From Scyliorhinus canicula (taxonomy: Eukaryota), in assembly GCF_902713615.1 (NCBI RefSeq), contig NC_052150.1, positions 156,603,155-156,667,154 on the forward strand: a stretch of DNA of 64,000 nt, given 5' to 3'. Both the position numbers and the translations under genes were made by a program. The notes under the pieces were generated by a model. It had not been told where the DNA came from, did not search any database, and was given only the letters and a program-made list of their open reading frames with translations. This document shows, piece by piece, positions 1 to 11,563 of the stretch (positions within the stretch are counted from its first letter, which is position 1; each line of letters begins with the position of its first letter).

Positions 1-576
1 AATCAGTTGAGGCAGCACCTTAATATAAGATAAATGTCGGGACTGGTCCCAATATGTGGGAACCATAGGCTTATTCCGGGGGGGTGGCCGCGATGTAAGG
101 GAGCTGATGCAGGAATGGGATAGAACGGGCAAGTGACATTTTTGTTGAGTGGCGAGTCACGGGGATAGTGGAGATGCAGGAGAAATCTGAATAGGTAAGT
201 GTGTTTAGATATTTTGAGTTTTGGGGCTTTGCACGGACGCAGCTGCCCTCATTCCCTCAGCTGCCAAAGCACACGCTATGAGATGAGTTGTTAACACCAG
301 GTGATCTAGGGAGGGGTGGATTGGTGATATTTACAGGTGGTTGGTGGAGACGGAGAAGGCACCAGTGGAGGGGACAAAGCAGAAATGGGAGGCAAAATTG
401 GGGATTGGGCTTGGGTGGGCGGCTTGGAGTCAAATAATGCACATGATCAATTCTACCTCATCCTGTGCTCAGATGAGCCCTATACAGCTTAAGGTGGTGC
501 ATAGGGCACACAAGACTCGGGCCTGTAGGAGTGGGTTTTTCCCGAGGGGGAGGATGTATGCGAACGATGTGGGAGG
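1..576 (+). mobile_element. L1/Tx1-clade LINE ORF2 3' region (decayed), left part
   Basis: Frames read ...KQKWEAKLG...W...INSTSSCAQMSPIQLKVVHRAH...EDVCERCG, typical of the C-terminal region of L1/Tx1 ORF2. It resumes at 4476 with PANHTHMFW, the rest of the Cys/His knuckle. Confidence 0.75.
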
Positions 577-965
577 TGTGTTCTCTGTTTAAAGTTGTCC
601 ACTTCTGGTAGCATGTTGTGTTATCTACTTTGCTTTACCTGAATGGTTCGGAGGCATAGTGTTGAATAAAGAACACAAAGCTTTGTTAACAAATAAAACT
701 ATAAATTTATTACACTACTAACTAAGATTCGTTCAAATTCCTAAAGTAGAAAGTTTCTATATTAAACTATGCTATCCCTAACCAGCGGCGTGCAGAGGTC
801 TGGTGATGCCCGGGGCAAATCTTGATTATATGCCCCAAAGCCTCAAGTATAAGGCCTAATATACTGAGAAATATTATGAGAAAGGAAAACATTTTGAATA
901 TATAAACACAGATGAAACATGAAATAAACGCTTTATTCGATTTTAATATTAATCAATCAAATTTA

Positions 966-2695
966 TTAAGTTCTTTTCCCCAAATGATACCTCCTGTCAC
1001 AAAACACCTGAACTACTTCACTTTTTACATCAGCTGTGAGAAATTCTTTTTCAATGCTTATTAAAGCCAGGTTGGTCAGTCGCTCCTGTGACATAGAAGA
1101 CCTCAGATATGTTTTTATTAATTTCAGTTTTGAAAATGACCTTTCACAGCTTGCGACTGAAAATGCGATTGTAAGCAGTAATCTGTATGAAACACACAGC
1201 GTCGGAAAGACATCCCTCCCATACTGCAGTAAAGACTCCAGAGCATCTTTAGGATCAGGGGGAACTCTATTCCCTCCAGCTCGAAGGAGCATCACAAAAT
1301 CAATAATTTTGTCATATAACTGAATTGCAACCACATCATTGTCATAATAATTTGCAAAGTCTGAACATTCCTTTTTTAACTTCTCTCTTTCTTGTTCATC
1401 TTCAATCACTACTGAATTCAAGTTCAGAAGAAAAGAAAATCGGTCACTGAGTCTTTGAAGACGGACACTGCGGTCTCCAATTTCAGTTTTTAATCTGTTC
1501 ACAATCTCTACCATTACGCTATTCATTTCTTCTTGTGCCGTCAGTCCACTATCTCTTGCTGACTCTCCAGGCATTCTTCTTCTTCTCCTTGTTCGTGCAA
1601 TTGGTATTCCCCAATTTTCACAATATTCATTGGCTAAATCTATTGCATTGTGGATAATTTCATCATTCTTCAAATTCAAGATATGAATAAGTCCTCTCAG
1701 ATCACAAGAAGCTTCATGGAACCCCATTTTCGGATCCTGCAAACGTTTTGAGACTTTCTCCACTGATGATAAAACTGAGTACCAAAAATTTAATAAAGCT
1801 ATAAACGGGAACTGTTGAATAGAGTTAAGTAGCGATCCTGCATCAGATTTAGTTTCCCTTGAAAATTCTCCTTCCAGCAGGTGTTGAAGGCTCTCCAGCA
1901 GGTGTTGAAGTCACACTCTTCGTGGATTACTTGCACAGCATCATGGCTAGAACTCCATCTTGTGTCACATTGTCTTTTCACAGTCCGAGTGACAAATGAT
2001 TTTAACACTTCCCAACGAGAAGTAGATGAAGAAAAAAAAGTAAAGAGTTTTTCTAGAATGCCAATAAATGTAACAACAACAGGTTGCACCTCACTTGCAT
2101 GGACACAGGCCAAATTGAGGCTGTGGTTCTCGCAGTTCACAAACACAGCTTTTGGGTTAACTTCAAGAATTTTTTGTTGAACACCTCCTCTCACTCCAGC
2201 CATAACTGCTGCGTTATCATATGCTTGACCACGACAGTCATTCATGGAAATTTTGTCTTCTTCCAATTTTTCCTGAATTTTATTTACCAGGCTGACTGCA
2301 TCTTTCTTGTTGACTTGAAAAAATCCCAGAAATGTCTCCTTTATTTCTACTTTTCTGTTTTCATCAATATGAACGTAACGCAGAATTTCAGAAACCTGAT
2401 CTTCATGGGCAATATCTGGAGTTGAATCCAGCATTATACTAAAATATTTTGCGTCCTTAATTTCGGAAATTATATTTTTCTTGACAGTTTCACCAAGAAG
2501 ATTGATTATTTCATTTTGAATTCTGTTGGACAAGTAGGTGACACTTTTTGGTTTCTCTTTCCCGCTCTGCAAGTGTTTTGCTAAGATGTCATCATATTTG
2601 GCCAATAGTCTGATTGTTGCTAGAAAGTTTCCTGTATTTTCACTGACTGTCTCCTCTGGCTCTGATAACCCAGATATTCCTTCTCCTCGATGCAG
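966..2695 (-). pseudogene. hAT transposase (ZMYM1-like/DUF4371 plus C-terminal dimerisation domain), frameshifted and N-terminally deleted
   Basis: ORF 1799-2605 has YLSNRIQNEII, FSIMLDSTPD, GQAYDNAAVM, CENHSLNL and TRW. ORF 966-1763 has SVASCERSFSKLKLIKTYLRSSMSQERLTNLALISIE. The frame extends upstream as HRGE...NTGNFLATIRLLAKYD. A local duplication at 1873-1910 breaks the frame. Confidence 0.9.
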
Positions 2696-3744
2696 ACGGA
2701 TAAACCATATGTCATTTCTTTATTCCTTCGTATCAAATTATTTCACACTGATTCTCCACTGATAATTTTGTGCAATTTATATCATAGACTTGCAAATTAG
2801 TGGTATCTGTATTTGAATATTAGCACGTTAAGGAATAAATGTCTCCTATTCCGAGATTAAATGCCATAGCAGTCCTCTGATCATCCAGGCTTAACTTTTA
2901 CTACATCCCACGTAAATATTTCATTAAATATCACCAAAAAACCTATAAAAAACGTAGTTACACCCGTTCTAGAGCTATTCACTGACCTCTTTATCTTTGC
3001 CATCTCTAAGGTATAGGACGGCTGCCTGAGGTTAAATTGCGCTGTAAATTAGTCAATTTCCCCTTAGCGCTGGGATTCTAGGGATATTGTTCTCTTCTTC
3101 AGTCATTTTGCTTTGCAGCAATGGGTGAGATGTTATGTCTCAAAGGTTGTGCCTCCCTCCTCTGCAACCCCCATGGAGAAGGATAAGAGCAGCAACGTCA
3201 TGGAAATACTGTCATGACCCTTGTGGAAACAACTACAAACAACCCAACTAAGACCAATATACAAGACTTCACTTTTATATTAGCAATCACACCAAAATCA
3301 ACGTAAATTAAACATGAATTAACAGGAAAATTGCAATAATATGACCGATAAATTACACATAGCAGATACAAAGACATATCTCACACATTTCGGTCAGCTC
3401 ATTCAGCACGTATCGCTTTCATTTCAGCCACAATATCCTTCAAAACGTTGAACTTCTTCAAATCAAATTCCATCTTCATTTCTCTAAAGCTTTAGCACCA
3501 AGTCTCATCAAACACCGGCATTACTTCACCCAATTTCCACAAATATAATTTTCACAGTCAACACATTTCCAGATCCCTTCTTCTTCACAAAACCCTGGTC
3601 ATGTGGGGCCTGTTTTTGCACTATGCCAGTGCATAAAGGGTCCCCAAATCCAGATATAAAAGCTCTGTTCAAGATCCGAGCTCCAGCAGCTTGCAGTCAA
3701 GTCTCTGAGAATCTCCCATTTATAGGACCCTGGGCTTTAAGTAT

Positions 3745-3895
3745 AAAGGGTAAGAGGGCAAAAGTTAAGAGGCCATGATGAATCTTTATGAAATACTGGT
3801 TCTGTCCCAAATGGGTGCCCCTGGCCCAAATGTCAAATTCTGGGCACAACAGTTTAGTAAGTTGACAGCTACAGAGGGTGCAGAGAAGAGTTTTA
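3745..3895 (+). mobile_element. Decayed CR1-type LINE fragment inside the hAT element
   Basis: Reads MMNLYEILV...VKFWA...(L)QRVQRR, resembling the CR1 ORF2 motif LYKTLVRPHLEYCVQFWSP...LERVQRR. Confidence 0.55.
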
Positions 3896-3932
3896 AAAAT
3901 AGATCAAAAGATAAAGATAAAGAATAAATAAA

Positions 3933-3948
3933 ACTCACCCATGGTGGC
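3933..3948 (-). promoter_or_regulatory. Kozak ATG immediately followed by a splice donor (putative transposase exon 1 end)
   Basis: The minus strand reads GCCACC-ATG-G|GTGAGT, a perfect Kozak and consensus donor, on the transposase strand ~360 bp from the 5' TIR. Confidence 0.65.
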
Positions 3949-4030
3949 ATTGCCATCGGTTCTGGAGAATTCGCGCCCTTTCTGTTCCCTCTCCAGCCGC
4001 TGAGTGCAAAGCCGCCTCTTCACCAGCGGC

Positions 4031-4222
4031 GACTGCGGTGCGCAGGCGCGCTCCACCCGACCGCGGTGCGCAGGCACGCTCCACCCGACCGCGGTGCGCA
4101 GGCGCGCTCCACCCGACCGCGGTGCGCAGGCGCGCTCCACCCAACCGCGGTGCGCAGGCGCGCTCCGGCCGACCGCGGTGCGCAGGCTAGCTCCGGCCGA
4201 CCGCGGTGCGCAGGCGCGATCC
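4031..4222. repeat. 28-bp GC-rich subterminal tandem repeat (~6.8 copies)
   Basis: Unit GACCGCGGTGCGCAGGCGCGCTCCACCC repeated with few substitutions. Confidence 0.95.
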
Positions 4223-4475
4223 ATGCTCTGCACGCCACTGCCCCATCCAATGGCTGCCCGGGGCCAGCGCACCGCCGCCCCCCCCCCCCCTCTGCACGCC
4301 GCTGTCCCTAACTAACAGAACTATAACTGCTCTCTGTCATGTATCACCATCTTTACCCAGAATCCGCAAGTCACATGATATATATATGACTGTTCTGTGG
4401 TTTCCTCTAGTGGTAAGAAGCATTATCATTAACTTGTTAACTCTTTACATCCCAGTCAATATATATATCATTACA

Positions 4476-4968
4476 GGAGGGGCCAGCGAACCACACTCAT
4501 ATGTTCTGGCGGTGGACAAAGTTGGGGGTTTCTGGGCAGCGGATTTCACGACTCTGTCAGAAATAGTGAGGGTGAACATATCACCGTGCCCTCTGGTGGC
4601 GAATTGTGGAGTTCCGGTTTTGCCGGAGCTGCTGGAGGGAAGGGGCCGATGTTGTGGCCTTCGCCTCTGATGACCCGGCGGTGAATCTTATTGAGTTTGA
4701 GGTCCACCGGGGGTCTTGGCATGGTTGGGGGATTTATATCAGTTCTTAAGTCTGGAGAAAATTAAGTTTGTTCTTAGGGGGTCGGAGGTTTTATGCGCAG
4801 ACGCTGTTTGAAGATCTGTTGTTGCCAGTGGTGATGGGGGGGGGGGGGGGGGGGGGGGGCACGCATAGTTTAAGGGAGAAAATTGACAAACTGTTTAAAT
4901 TATGTTTATATCTGGTTGTTGTTTGTATATGTTTTTGTCTGTGTTTGGAATAACATTTTTTTTTAAAA
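4476..4968 (+). mobile_element. L1/Tx1 LINE 3' end (continuation of 1-576)
   Basis: PANHTHMFW...FW...LSEI...P...AFASL motifs, a G-run, and a T/A-rich 3' tail. Confidence 0.7.
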
Positions 4969-5067
4969 GCTAGGAGAGCGAGCAATGTTAGCTTTTTGGT
5001 GGACCCTAGTAATAATAGTGAAGGAACTGTTAAAAAGCTACTGTAGGTGATTCTCTTGCTATGACTG

Positions 5068-5240
5068 GATAGATAAGAATGGAACATAGGAACAGGCATA
5101 GGCCATTCAGCCCATCGAGCCTGTTCTACCATTCAGTATGATCATGGCGGATCGAACACTTCAGTCCCTTTTACACCCATTATCTCCATAACCCTTTTAG
5201 TTATTAGTAATCAGAAATCTATCAATCTCTGCTTTAAGCA
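5068..5240 (-). mobile_element. CR1/HER1 LINE 3' end fragment
   Basis: Reverse complement of GATCAGCCATGATC...GGCTCGATGGGCTGAATGGCCTA...CCTATGTTC tail. Confidence 0.7.
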
Positions 5241-6825
5241 TACAGGAAGCTTTTGAAGGCAGCAGGGCAATTTGAGAAGGCTGTTCAAAAGGCATATAGG
5301 GGCTTGCCTGTTTGACACAGTTCATTGAATAAGTACATTGCCCAGCTTTTCTCCTGGTTTTTAATGTCCTTATAGTTCTTTTCCAGCTCTATCGGATTTG
5401 ATTCATTCTTCCCATTTTATATTAACTAGTAAATGAACAACTCACAAGCTAGGTTTTTTTGTGTAAATGGTTACGGGCCTCAGCACTGACCCCTGGGCTA
5501 TGCAATTTTGTATTTCTCTCCAATCTGCCCATCACCCTCTCAACTGCACCTACTATATCCTGTGTCCCAGGCAATATTATTATCCACCTCCAAATCTAAC
5601 CTCAAAAATCCACTGGCTTACTCATGTATAGCAGCTAATCATGCAAGAATTTAACAATGCAGGTACACTATCTCAAAGGTCCCTGCAATATCCATGTGAA
5701 ATATAATTTCCACCTAAAAGGCAAGGAGATTTACAAGACAAGATCTGTCCCTTTTTAAATCATGTTCGCTGTCACACACTGGGTTATTTTGATTTGGACA
5801 ATCTCAGGTTTGTTACTAATGATTGATTTTTTATTTTAAAAGTTACAATGCAAAATTAAGAGGTCTCTAGTTAATTGCATTTGTTTTGTCATTTCTTTTT
5901 GATGCCTTGTTTTCAATTCACTGCAGCCTTCCTTTATCAAATTCAATTTCACAATTTGCTGGGATGTGATCATGAACTTTGGTTTGCGAGTTAGTTTTAC
6001 TGAGAGAATAAGAAGAAACGTGAAGATGCATTTCTTTAGAAAGAGAGTTCTGCAGGCAATCCTTTAGTTTTTATTAAGAAAAATGTAGATAAATGTGTGA
6101 AGCAGAGAGATACATAGCTATGATGAGAGAGAATGGCAGTAGAATTAGTTTTGGATTGATAGAGCACAGAGATGGTGCAATCACAGTCGGCTGAAAAGCC
6201 TTTTTCTGATGATAAATAACGTCTCGGATTCTTTGGTTAAACCTAATCGCTAGCTTTTATCAGACCCAAGGAGGTGAAATTGCGGACATGAGGGCCGATA
6301 AAATAAGAGGCAGCCAGGTAACATTGACTCCCCGACAGTCCCACTACTAGGCTGGAAGTGAATAGGTTGTATATACCAAGGAGGCAGGCAGTGAATTTCC
6401 ATAATCAAAAGCCCTCACAATAAGACACACTTTACTGTGCTGCCATGTGCGGAGGGAGGCTGCCAGCTAAATGGAGGCGACCTCCTTTTGGCAGCCTGGG
6501 TGGGGAAAGGTTTCACGGCCTATGGAAGGGGCTGGGCCGTGGCCCAATGGCCTCCAAGGAGGGGTTTTTCCACCAGCCCTGAGAATTTTTATAAGTTTTT
6601 TAAAAAAATGACCAGTCCTTGATTCCAAGCAACCCTGCAAACTTCAGTGGCACTGCTGAGGCGTCAGAGTTGCCAGCTCTCTGATTGGACCGACAGCGTG
6701 CAGAGCCCACTCGCATCTCTTTACTGGATGACAGGCCCACAGGCAGCCAATTGGGAGACAAGCTCTGGCAAAATTGATGAGCCACATCAATAGGCCCTTT
6801 CATTCACTCTATCCGCCCCTTCACA

Positions 6826-7910
6826 ATCTCATATCAAAACTCCATAACCTAGGACTCGGCTCCTCCCTCTGCAACTGGATCCTCGACTTGCTGACCCATA
6901 GTAAAGATAAGTAACAAAACCTCCTCTACGAAAGTCCTCAATACTGGGGCCCTGCAAGGCTGCGTAGTTAACCCCCTACAATACTCCCTCTACATACATA
7001 ACGGTGTGGCAAAAGTTGGCTCCAACTCCATCCACAAGTTTGCTGATGACAGACCAGTGGGTCGGATCTTGAACAACGATGAGTCAGAATACAGGAGGGA
7101 GATAGACAACCTACTGGCGTGATGTAACAAGAACAATCTCTCCCTCAATGTCAGGAAAACTAAGGAGCTGGTCATTAACTTCAGGAAGCAAAATATCGTG
7201 CACACCCCTGTCTTCATCAATGGTGCCGAGGTGGAGATGATGGTTGACAGCTTCAAATTCCTCGGTGTGCACATCACAAATAATCTGCCCTGGCCCACTC
7301 ACACCGATGCTACGACCAAAAAAGCACAACAGTGCCTATATTTCCTCAGGAAACTTAGGGAATTTGGCGTGTCCACATTAACCCTTACCAATTTTTACAA
7401 ATGCACCATAGAAAGCATCCTATCTGGCTGCATCAAAGCCTGGTATGGCAACTGTTCGGCCCAAGACCATAATAAACGACAGAGAGCCGTGAACACAGCC
7501 CAATCCATCACGGGAAACCACCTCATATTCATTGACTTTCTCTACACCCCCTCTGCCTTGGGAAAGCAGACAGTATAATCAAAGACCCCTCCCACCTAGG
7601 TTATTCTTTCTTCCAACTTCTTCCAGCAGGCAGGAGATACAAAAGTCTGAAACCACGTACTGACAGATTCAAAACCAGTTTCTTCCTCGCTGTTACCAGA
7701 CTCCTGAATGACCCTTTTATGGACTGAACTGATCCCTTCACATATCTTCTCTACTGAGTAATACTGTACTCCTGTATGCTTCACCCGTTGCCTGTGCCTA
7801 TGTATTTACATTGTGTATTTATGTATGTCCTATGTATTTCATGTATGGTATAATCTGACTGGACTGTACCTCGGTACACTTGACAATAAATCAATTCCAA
7901 ATCCAAATCA
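6826..7910 (+). mobile_element. Rex1/Babar-type LINE, 5'-truncated (RT C-terminus, DUF1891-like region and 3' UTR)
   Basis: Contains KFADD, NNLSLNVRKTKELVINFRK and ORF 7198-7578 FKFLGVHIT...KKAQQCLYFLRKLR...FYKCTIESIL...AWYGNC. Ends with AATAAA and a short repeat tail. Confidence 0.85.
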
Positions 7911-7944
7911 ATGAAATCTCCCCTCAGCCTCTTTTCCAAGGAGA

Positions 7945-8290
7945 ACCATAGAAACCACAGAAATCCTACAGTGCAGAAGGAGGCCATTTAGCCCAACAAA
8001 TCTGCACCGACCCTCTGAAAGAGCACCCAACCTAGGCCCATTCCATAATCCTGTCCCCGTAACCCCACCTAAGTTGCATATCTTTGGGCACTAGGGTACA
8101 ATTTAGCATGGCCAATCCACCTAACCAGCAGATCTTTGGACTGTGGGAAGAGACCAGAACACCTGGAGGAAACCCACAGGGGATACGGGGAAAATGTGCA
8201 AACTCTACACAGACCCAAGGTCGGAATTGTATCCGGGTCCCTGGTGCTGTGAGGTAGCAGTGCTAACCACTGTGCCACCATGCCACCCTT
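7945..8290 (-). mobile_element. HE1-type tRNA-derived SINE
   Basis: Reverse complement of the HE1-like consensus: tRNA head, core CCCACAGTCCAAAGATGTGC...GGATTGGCCATGCTAAATTG, and HER1-like tail. Confidence 0.85.
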
Positions 8291-8357
8291 AAACCACCCT
8301 AACATATCAAATCTTTTCCCACAGCTGCAATGCTCCAGTCCTGGCAATACCCTCGTC

Positions 8358-8501
8358 AACCTCCCACAGTCCAAAGATGTGCAGGTTGGGTGGATTGGCC
8401 ATGAAAAATTGTCCAAAATTCTATGATTAACCTAGGACAAAAGTTCGGCGCAACATCGTGGGCCGAAGGGCCTGTTCTGTGCTGTATTTCTCTATCTATC
8501 T
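8358..8501 (+). mobile_element. 5'-truncated SINE inserted in a CR1 fragment
   Basis: SINE core and tail flanked by AACCTCC repeats. The surrounding 7910-8650 is minus-strand CR1. Confidence 0.65.
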
Positions 8502-8659
8502 AACCTCCTCTGCATCCTCTCTGGTATAATTACGTCCTTTCTGTTTATGAGGCGGCCAGAACTGCACACAGTACTGAAGTTATGGCCGAATTGATGTTTT
8601 ATATAGTTTCAACATAACCTCCCTGGCTCTTATATCAAAGCCATGACTAATAAATGAAA

Positions 8660-10225
8660 CGTATTGGGGACAAAATCCCTAGATTCATGCAGGAGACTGT
8701 TGGAAGCTGCAAACGGGTGAATGTATGTTTCTTTGAAAAGGCAAGTTAGATAAAAAAATGGTTTATTTCATAAATTTTTACTCTTGTTTTGAAGTTGTGT
8801 ATAATCTATGCACGGTGGCTCAATAAGGCCCAGTGCGCATGTGCATAAGAAAAACATTGTGAAAACAGGTGACCAGGAATGGAGCAGCATTGAGAAAGAG
8901 TTTCCAGGGAAGGGACAAGGGAGAGAGTTTGGCAAGAGGTTCCAGAAGAAGAGCTCAGACAGGGACAGGAATATATCCATGTTAAGTTCAGTTAAAAAGA
9001 GAGGTGCAGAGAAAAAATAAGACGCCAAATAGTGAAAGGGCAGTGGAGAGCAGATTTTAAAGTGAGAAGGGCTCAAGAAATGCCCTGAACATCCAAGAAA
9101 GGAGCAGAAGGTAGGTCACTCAATGCTGCAGGCTGTTGGGGCAAAGGTACCCCTATAGAATAGTAGTAGTCTGCTAGACACAGCTGAAGATATGAAATTG
9201 TGCTTGTGAGGTATTGCTTGAGTGCATATTCAGAAATCCAGGGGAACGGAATCTCGGAAGGTGATATGGAACCTTTTGGGGGGCCATTGTTGAAGCCATC
9301 CAAATCAGACTGACTTTTGAAGAGAATCCCAAGATGAGCTCTTCAAAGGTGAAGACTGAAATCCCTCATGAAAGAAACATAATTTCAGCGAGATTGGTTG
9401 ACTCACAGAGTTACGAACATCTGTGTGGGTTGTTGAGAAATCCATGGACTCTGTCCTGGTGGCATATGCTCTTTATTGTGCAGTATGTATTCAACCACAG
9501 TTGGTTTGTTAAGTCACATGTACCTCATTCTTAGGCTGATCATTAGAGTATAAGCCAGATATTCTAAATTGTTTTACATTTCTGACCTTGTATTGCAACG
9601 TTTATTTTTGTTTGTTGAAAACTGAAGAAATCTTGGGTGGGATTCTCTGATCATAAGTGTTGACGCTGTCGTAAACGCCGTTGCGTTTCCCGACGGCATC
9701 AACATGGTCCAGGAGCAGCAATTCTGGCCCCTACAGGGGCCCAGCACGGCACTGGAATGCCCCACGCCGCTCCAGCTGCCGACCCCGGCATCAGTTGGGC
9801 GCCACGGGTCCGCGCAGTGGGACCAGCGCGATTTCCGCACATGTGCGGTGTCTCCCTTCTCCACACTGGCCCTAACGCAACATGGCGTAGGGCTACAGAG
9901 GCTGGCGCGGACCAAAAGAGGCCCCCAGCCCAAAAAGCCGGCCCGCCGATCGGTGGGCCCCGATCGCGGGCCAGGCCACAGTGGAGGCCCCCCCCCCGGG
10001 GTCGAACCCCCTTCCCCCACAGGTCGCCCCCGGATCCTTCCACGCCAAGGTCCCGCCGGATAAGACCAGGTTAGAAGGGCACCCCAGGGTGAGAGAATCC
10101 CGCCCTTTGTGTCTTTATTTATTGACCAAGTGCCTTGAATCTCAAAATTTGTCCAACTTTAAACAAAATGTTCTTGGTTCCTAACGGGATATTATCAACA
10201 ACATGGTCTGGCCAGGGATCATAAT
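8660..10225. mobile_element. Probable decayed LTR (interrupted by the MITE at 9635-10105)
   Basis: Ends ...GGCCAGGGATCATAA, similar to Gypsy LTR 3' ends. Boundaries are imprecise. Confidence 0.4.
9635..10105. mobile_element. GC-rich Harbinger-type MITE
   Basis: TIRs GGGTGGGATTCTC and GAGAATCCCGCCC. Internal motifs are shared with other copies. Confidence 0.75.
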
Positions 10226-10419
10226 GACATAGAGGAAGGCCAAGAGAAAGAGTAGAAGCAAAACAAGATTAATGGAGAAATTTTAACCACAGAAAATAAG
10301 ACGTTAGGTTAGTTGGGGTTTACAGCATGGGATTTGTCAGCCCTTCCTGCCAGCGAGATCTTCAGGTTCCGCCAAAGTCAACCCCTACAGCAGGCAGGCG
10401 GGAGAGCCATGCAAATTAC

Positions 10420-10733
10420 ACAGATACACAGAACATACAGTGCAGAAGGAGGCCATTCGGCCCATGAAGTCTGCACCGACCCACTTAAGCCCTCACTTCC
10501 ATCCTATCCCTATAACCCAATAACCCCTCCTAACACTTTTGGCCACTAAGGGGCAATTTATCATGGCCAATCCACCTAACCTGCACATCTTTGGACTGTG
10601 GGAGGAAACGTGAGCACCCGGAGGAAACCCACGCAGACAAGGGGAGAACGTTGCAGACTCCGCACAGACAGTGACCCAGTGGGACCCTGGCGCTGTGAAG
10701 CCACAGTGCTAGCCACATGTGCTACCGTGCTTC
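10420..10733 (-). mobile_element. HE1-type SINE
   Basis: Near-identical to the copy at 60047-60371. Confidence 0.85.
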
Positions 10734-11563
10734 CCTTTGACTTTGGTGGGACTGGAAGTTTCTGCCAGCAGCCACCAGCTGGGGGAGCCTGTGGTGTTGG
10801 GGGTGGGGGGACGGGGGATGGGGAATTTCAGCCAAACTCTTAAAAATCAGAATCCCAAATTAGTCTCCAATTTGCCAACTTCCATCTTGAACACAGATGG
10901 ATGAGTTTACACTTCAAATTTTATAATGAGACTGCGAGTCTAATTGTTATTCAGCTTTGTGAATTGAACTGTTGTTGGTCAGGTTTCCTGAGCTCACAAA
11001 GCCTAACAGTTAGACCAAGGTGAGGGGTGTACGATCCATGAAGGAATTGCCTTTACAACTACCTGATGGATCCGATGTGGCTGCCTAGGCAACCTTTGTG
11101 ATCTGGTAACCCAACCCTGAATACCTCAATACATCTTCTGTGAGACCACCAACCTATTCTGTCCAAGCCCTTGGCCCATTCCCAGGGCTCCTCACCTCAT
11201 GCTTCCAATCACACGGCCAGGCCGCCAATCCACTCTATCTCCAGGATGTTGATCATTACCCCGGGACGCCGAATTGACCCACCTTCCCCTATGATTAACC
11301 CTTGCCCCCACCTCCACGCCGGGATTGATGTTCCTTTCCCACCTGATCAACTCCTCTATCCCCACAATTTATCTCCCCTTGTCCACCCCTCCTCCTCAAT
11401 TCTGATACTGTCCATGCTTTCCTTTGCCACACAATCCATTCTGCAACCTGCCCAAGAGCCTACCTTGTTCTGCAAACACCACTGACTGTCTCCTCATGCG
11501 AGTAGAAGTATGTTACTCAGGTTTGCTTCCGGGTGGGGAATTGATCAATGATGCCCATGGATG

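Larger units (their letters stand above)
783..4304 (-). mobile_element. hAT-superfamily DNA transposon, internally deleted (non-autonomous)
   Basis: Perfect 16-bp TIRs CAGCGGCGTGCAGAGG (783-798) and CCTCTGCACGCCGCTG (4289-4304). Perfect 8-bp TSD TCCCTAAC (775-782, 4305-4312). Transposase ORFs lie inside. Confidence 0.95.
577..4475. mobile_element. Solo LTR (~370 bp net) interrupted by the hAT element
   Basis: Starts TGTG at 577 and ends TTACA at 4475. Perfect 5-bp TSD GGAGG at 572-576 and 4476-4480. Removing it rejoins the LINE frame. Confidence 0.8.

Noticed and set aside
966-2605. Host ZMYM1/ZBED-like domesticated gene
   Set aside because: It is enclosed by perfect TIRs and a TSD, frameshifted and N-terminally truncated, so it is a transposon copy.
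4031-4222. 28-bp repeat as a CRISPR array
   Set aside because: The units are head-to-tail with no unique spacers, there are no cas genes, and the context is a eukaryotic transposon.
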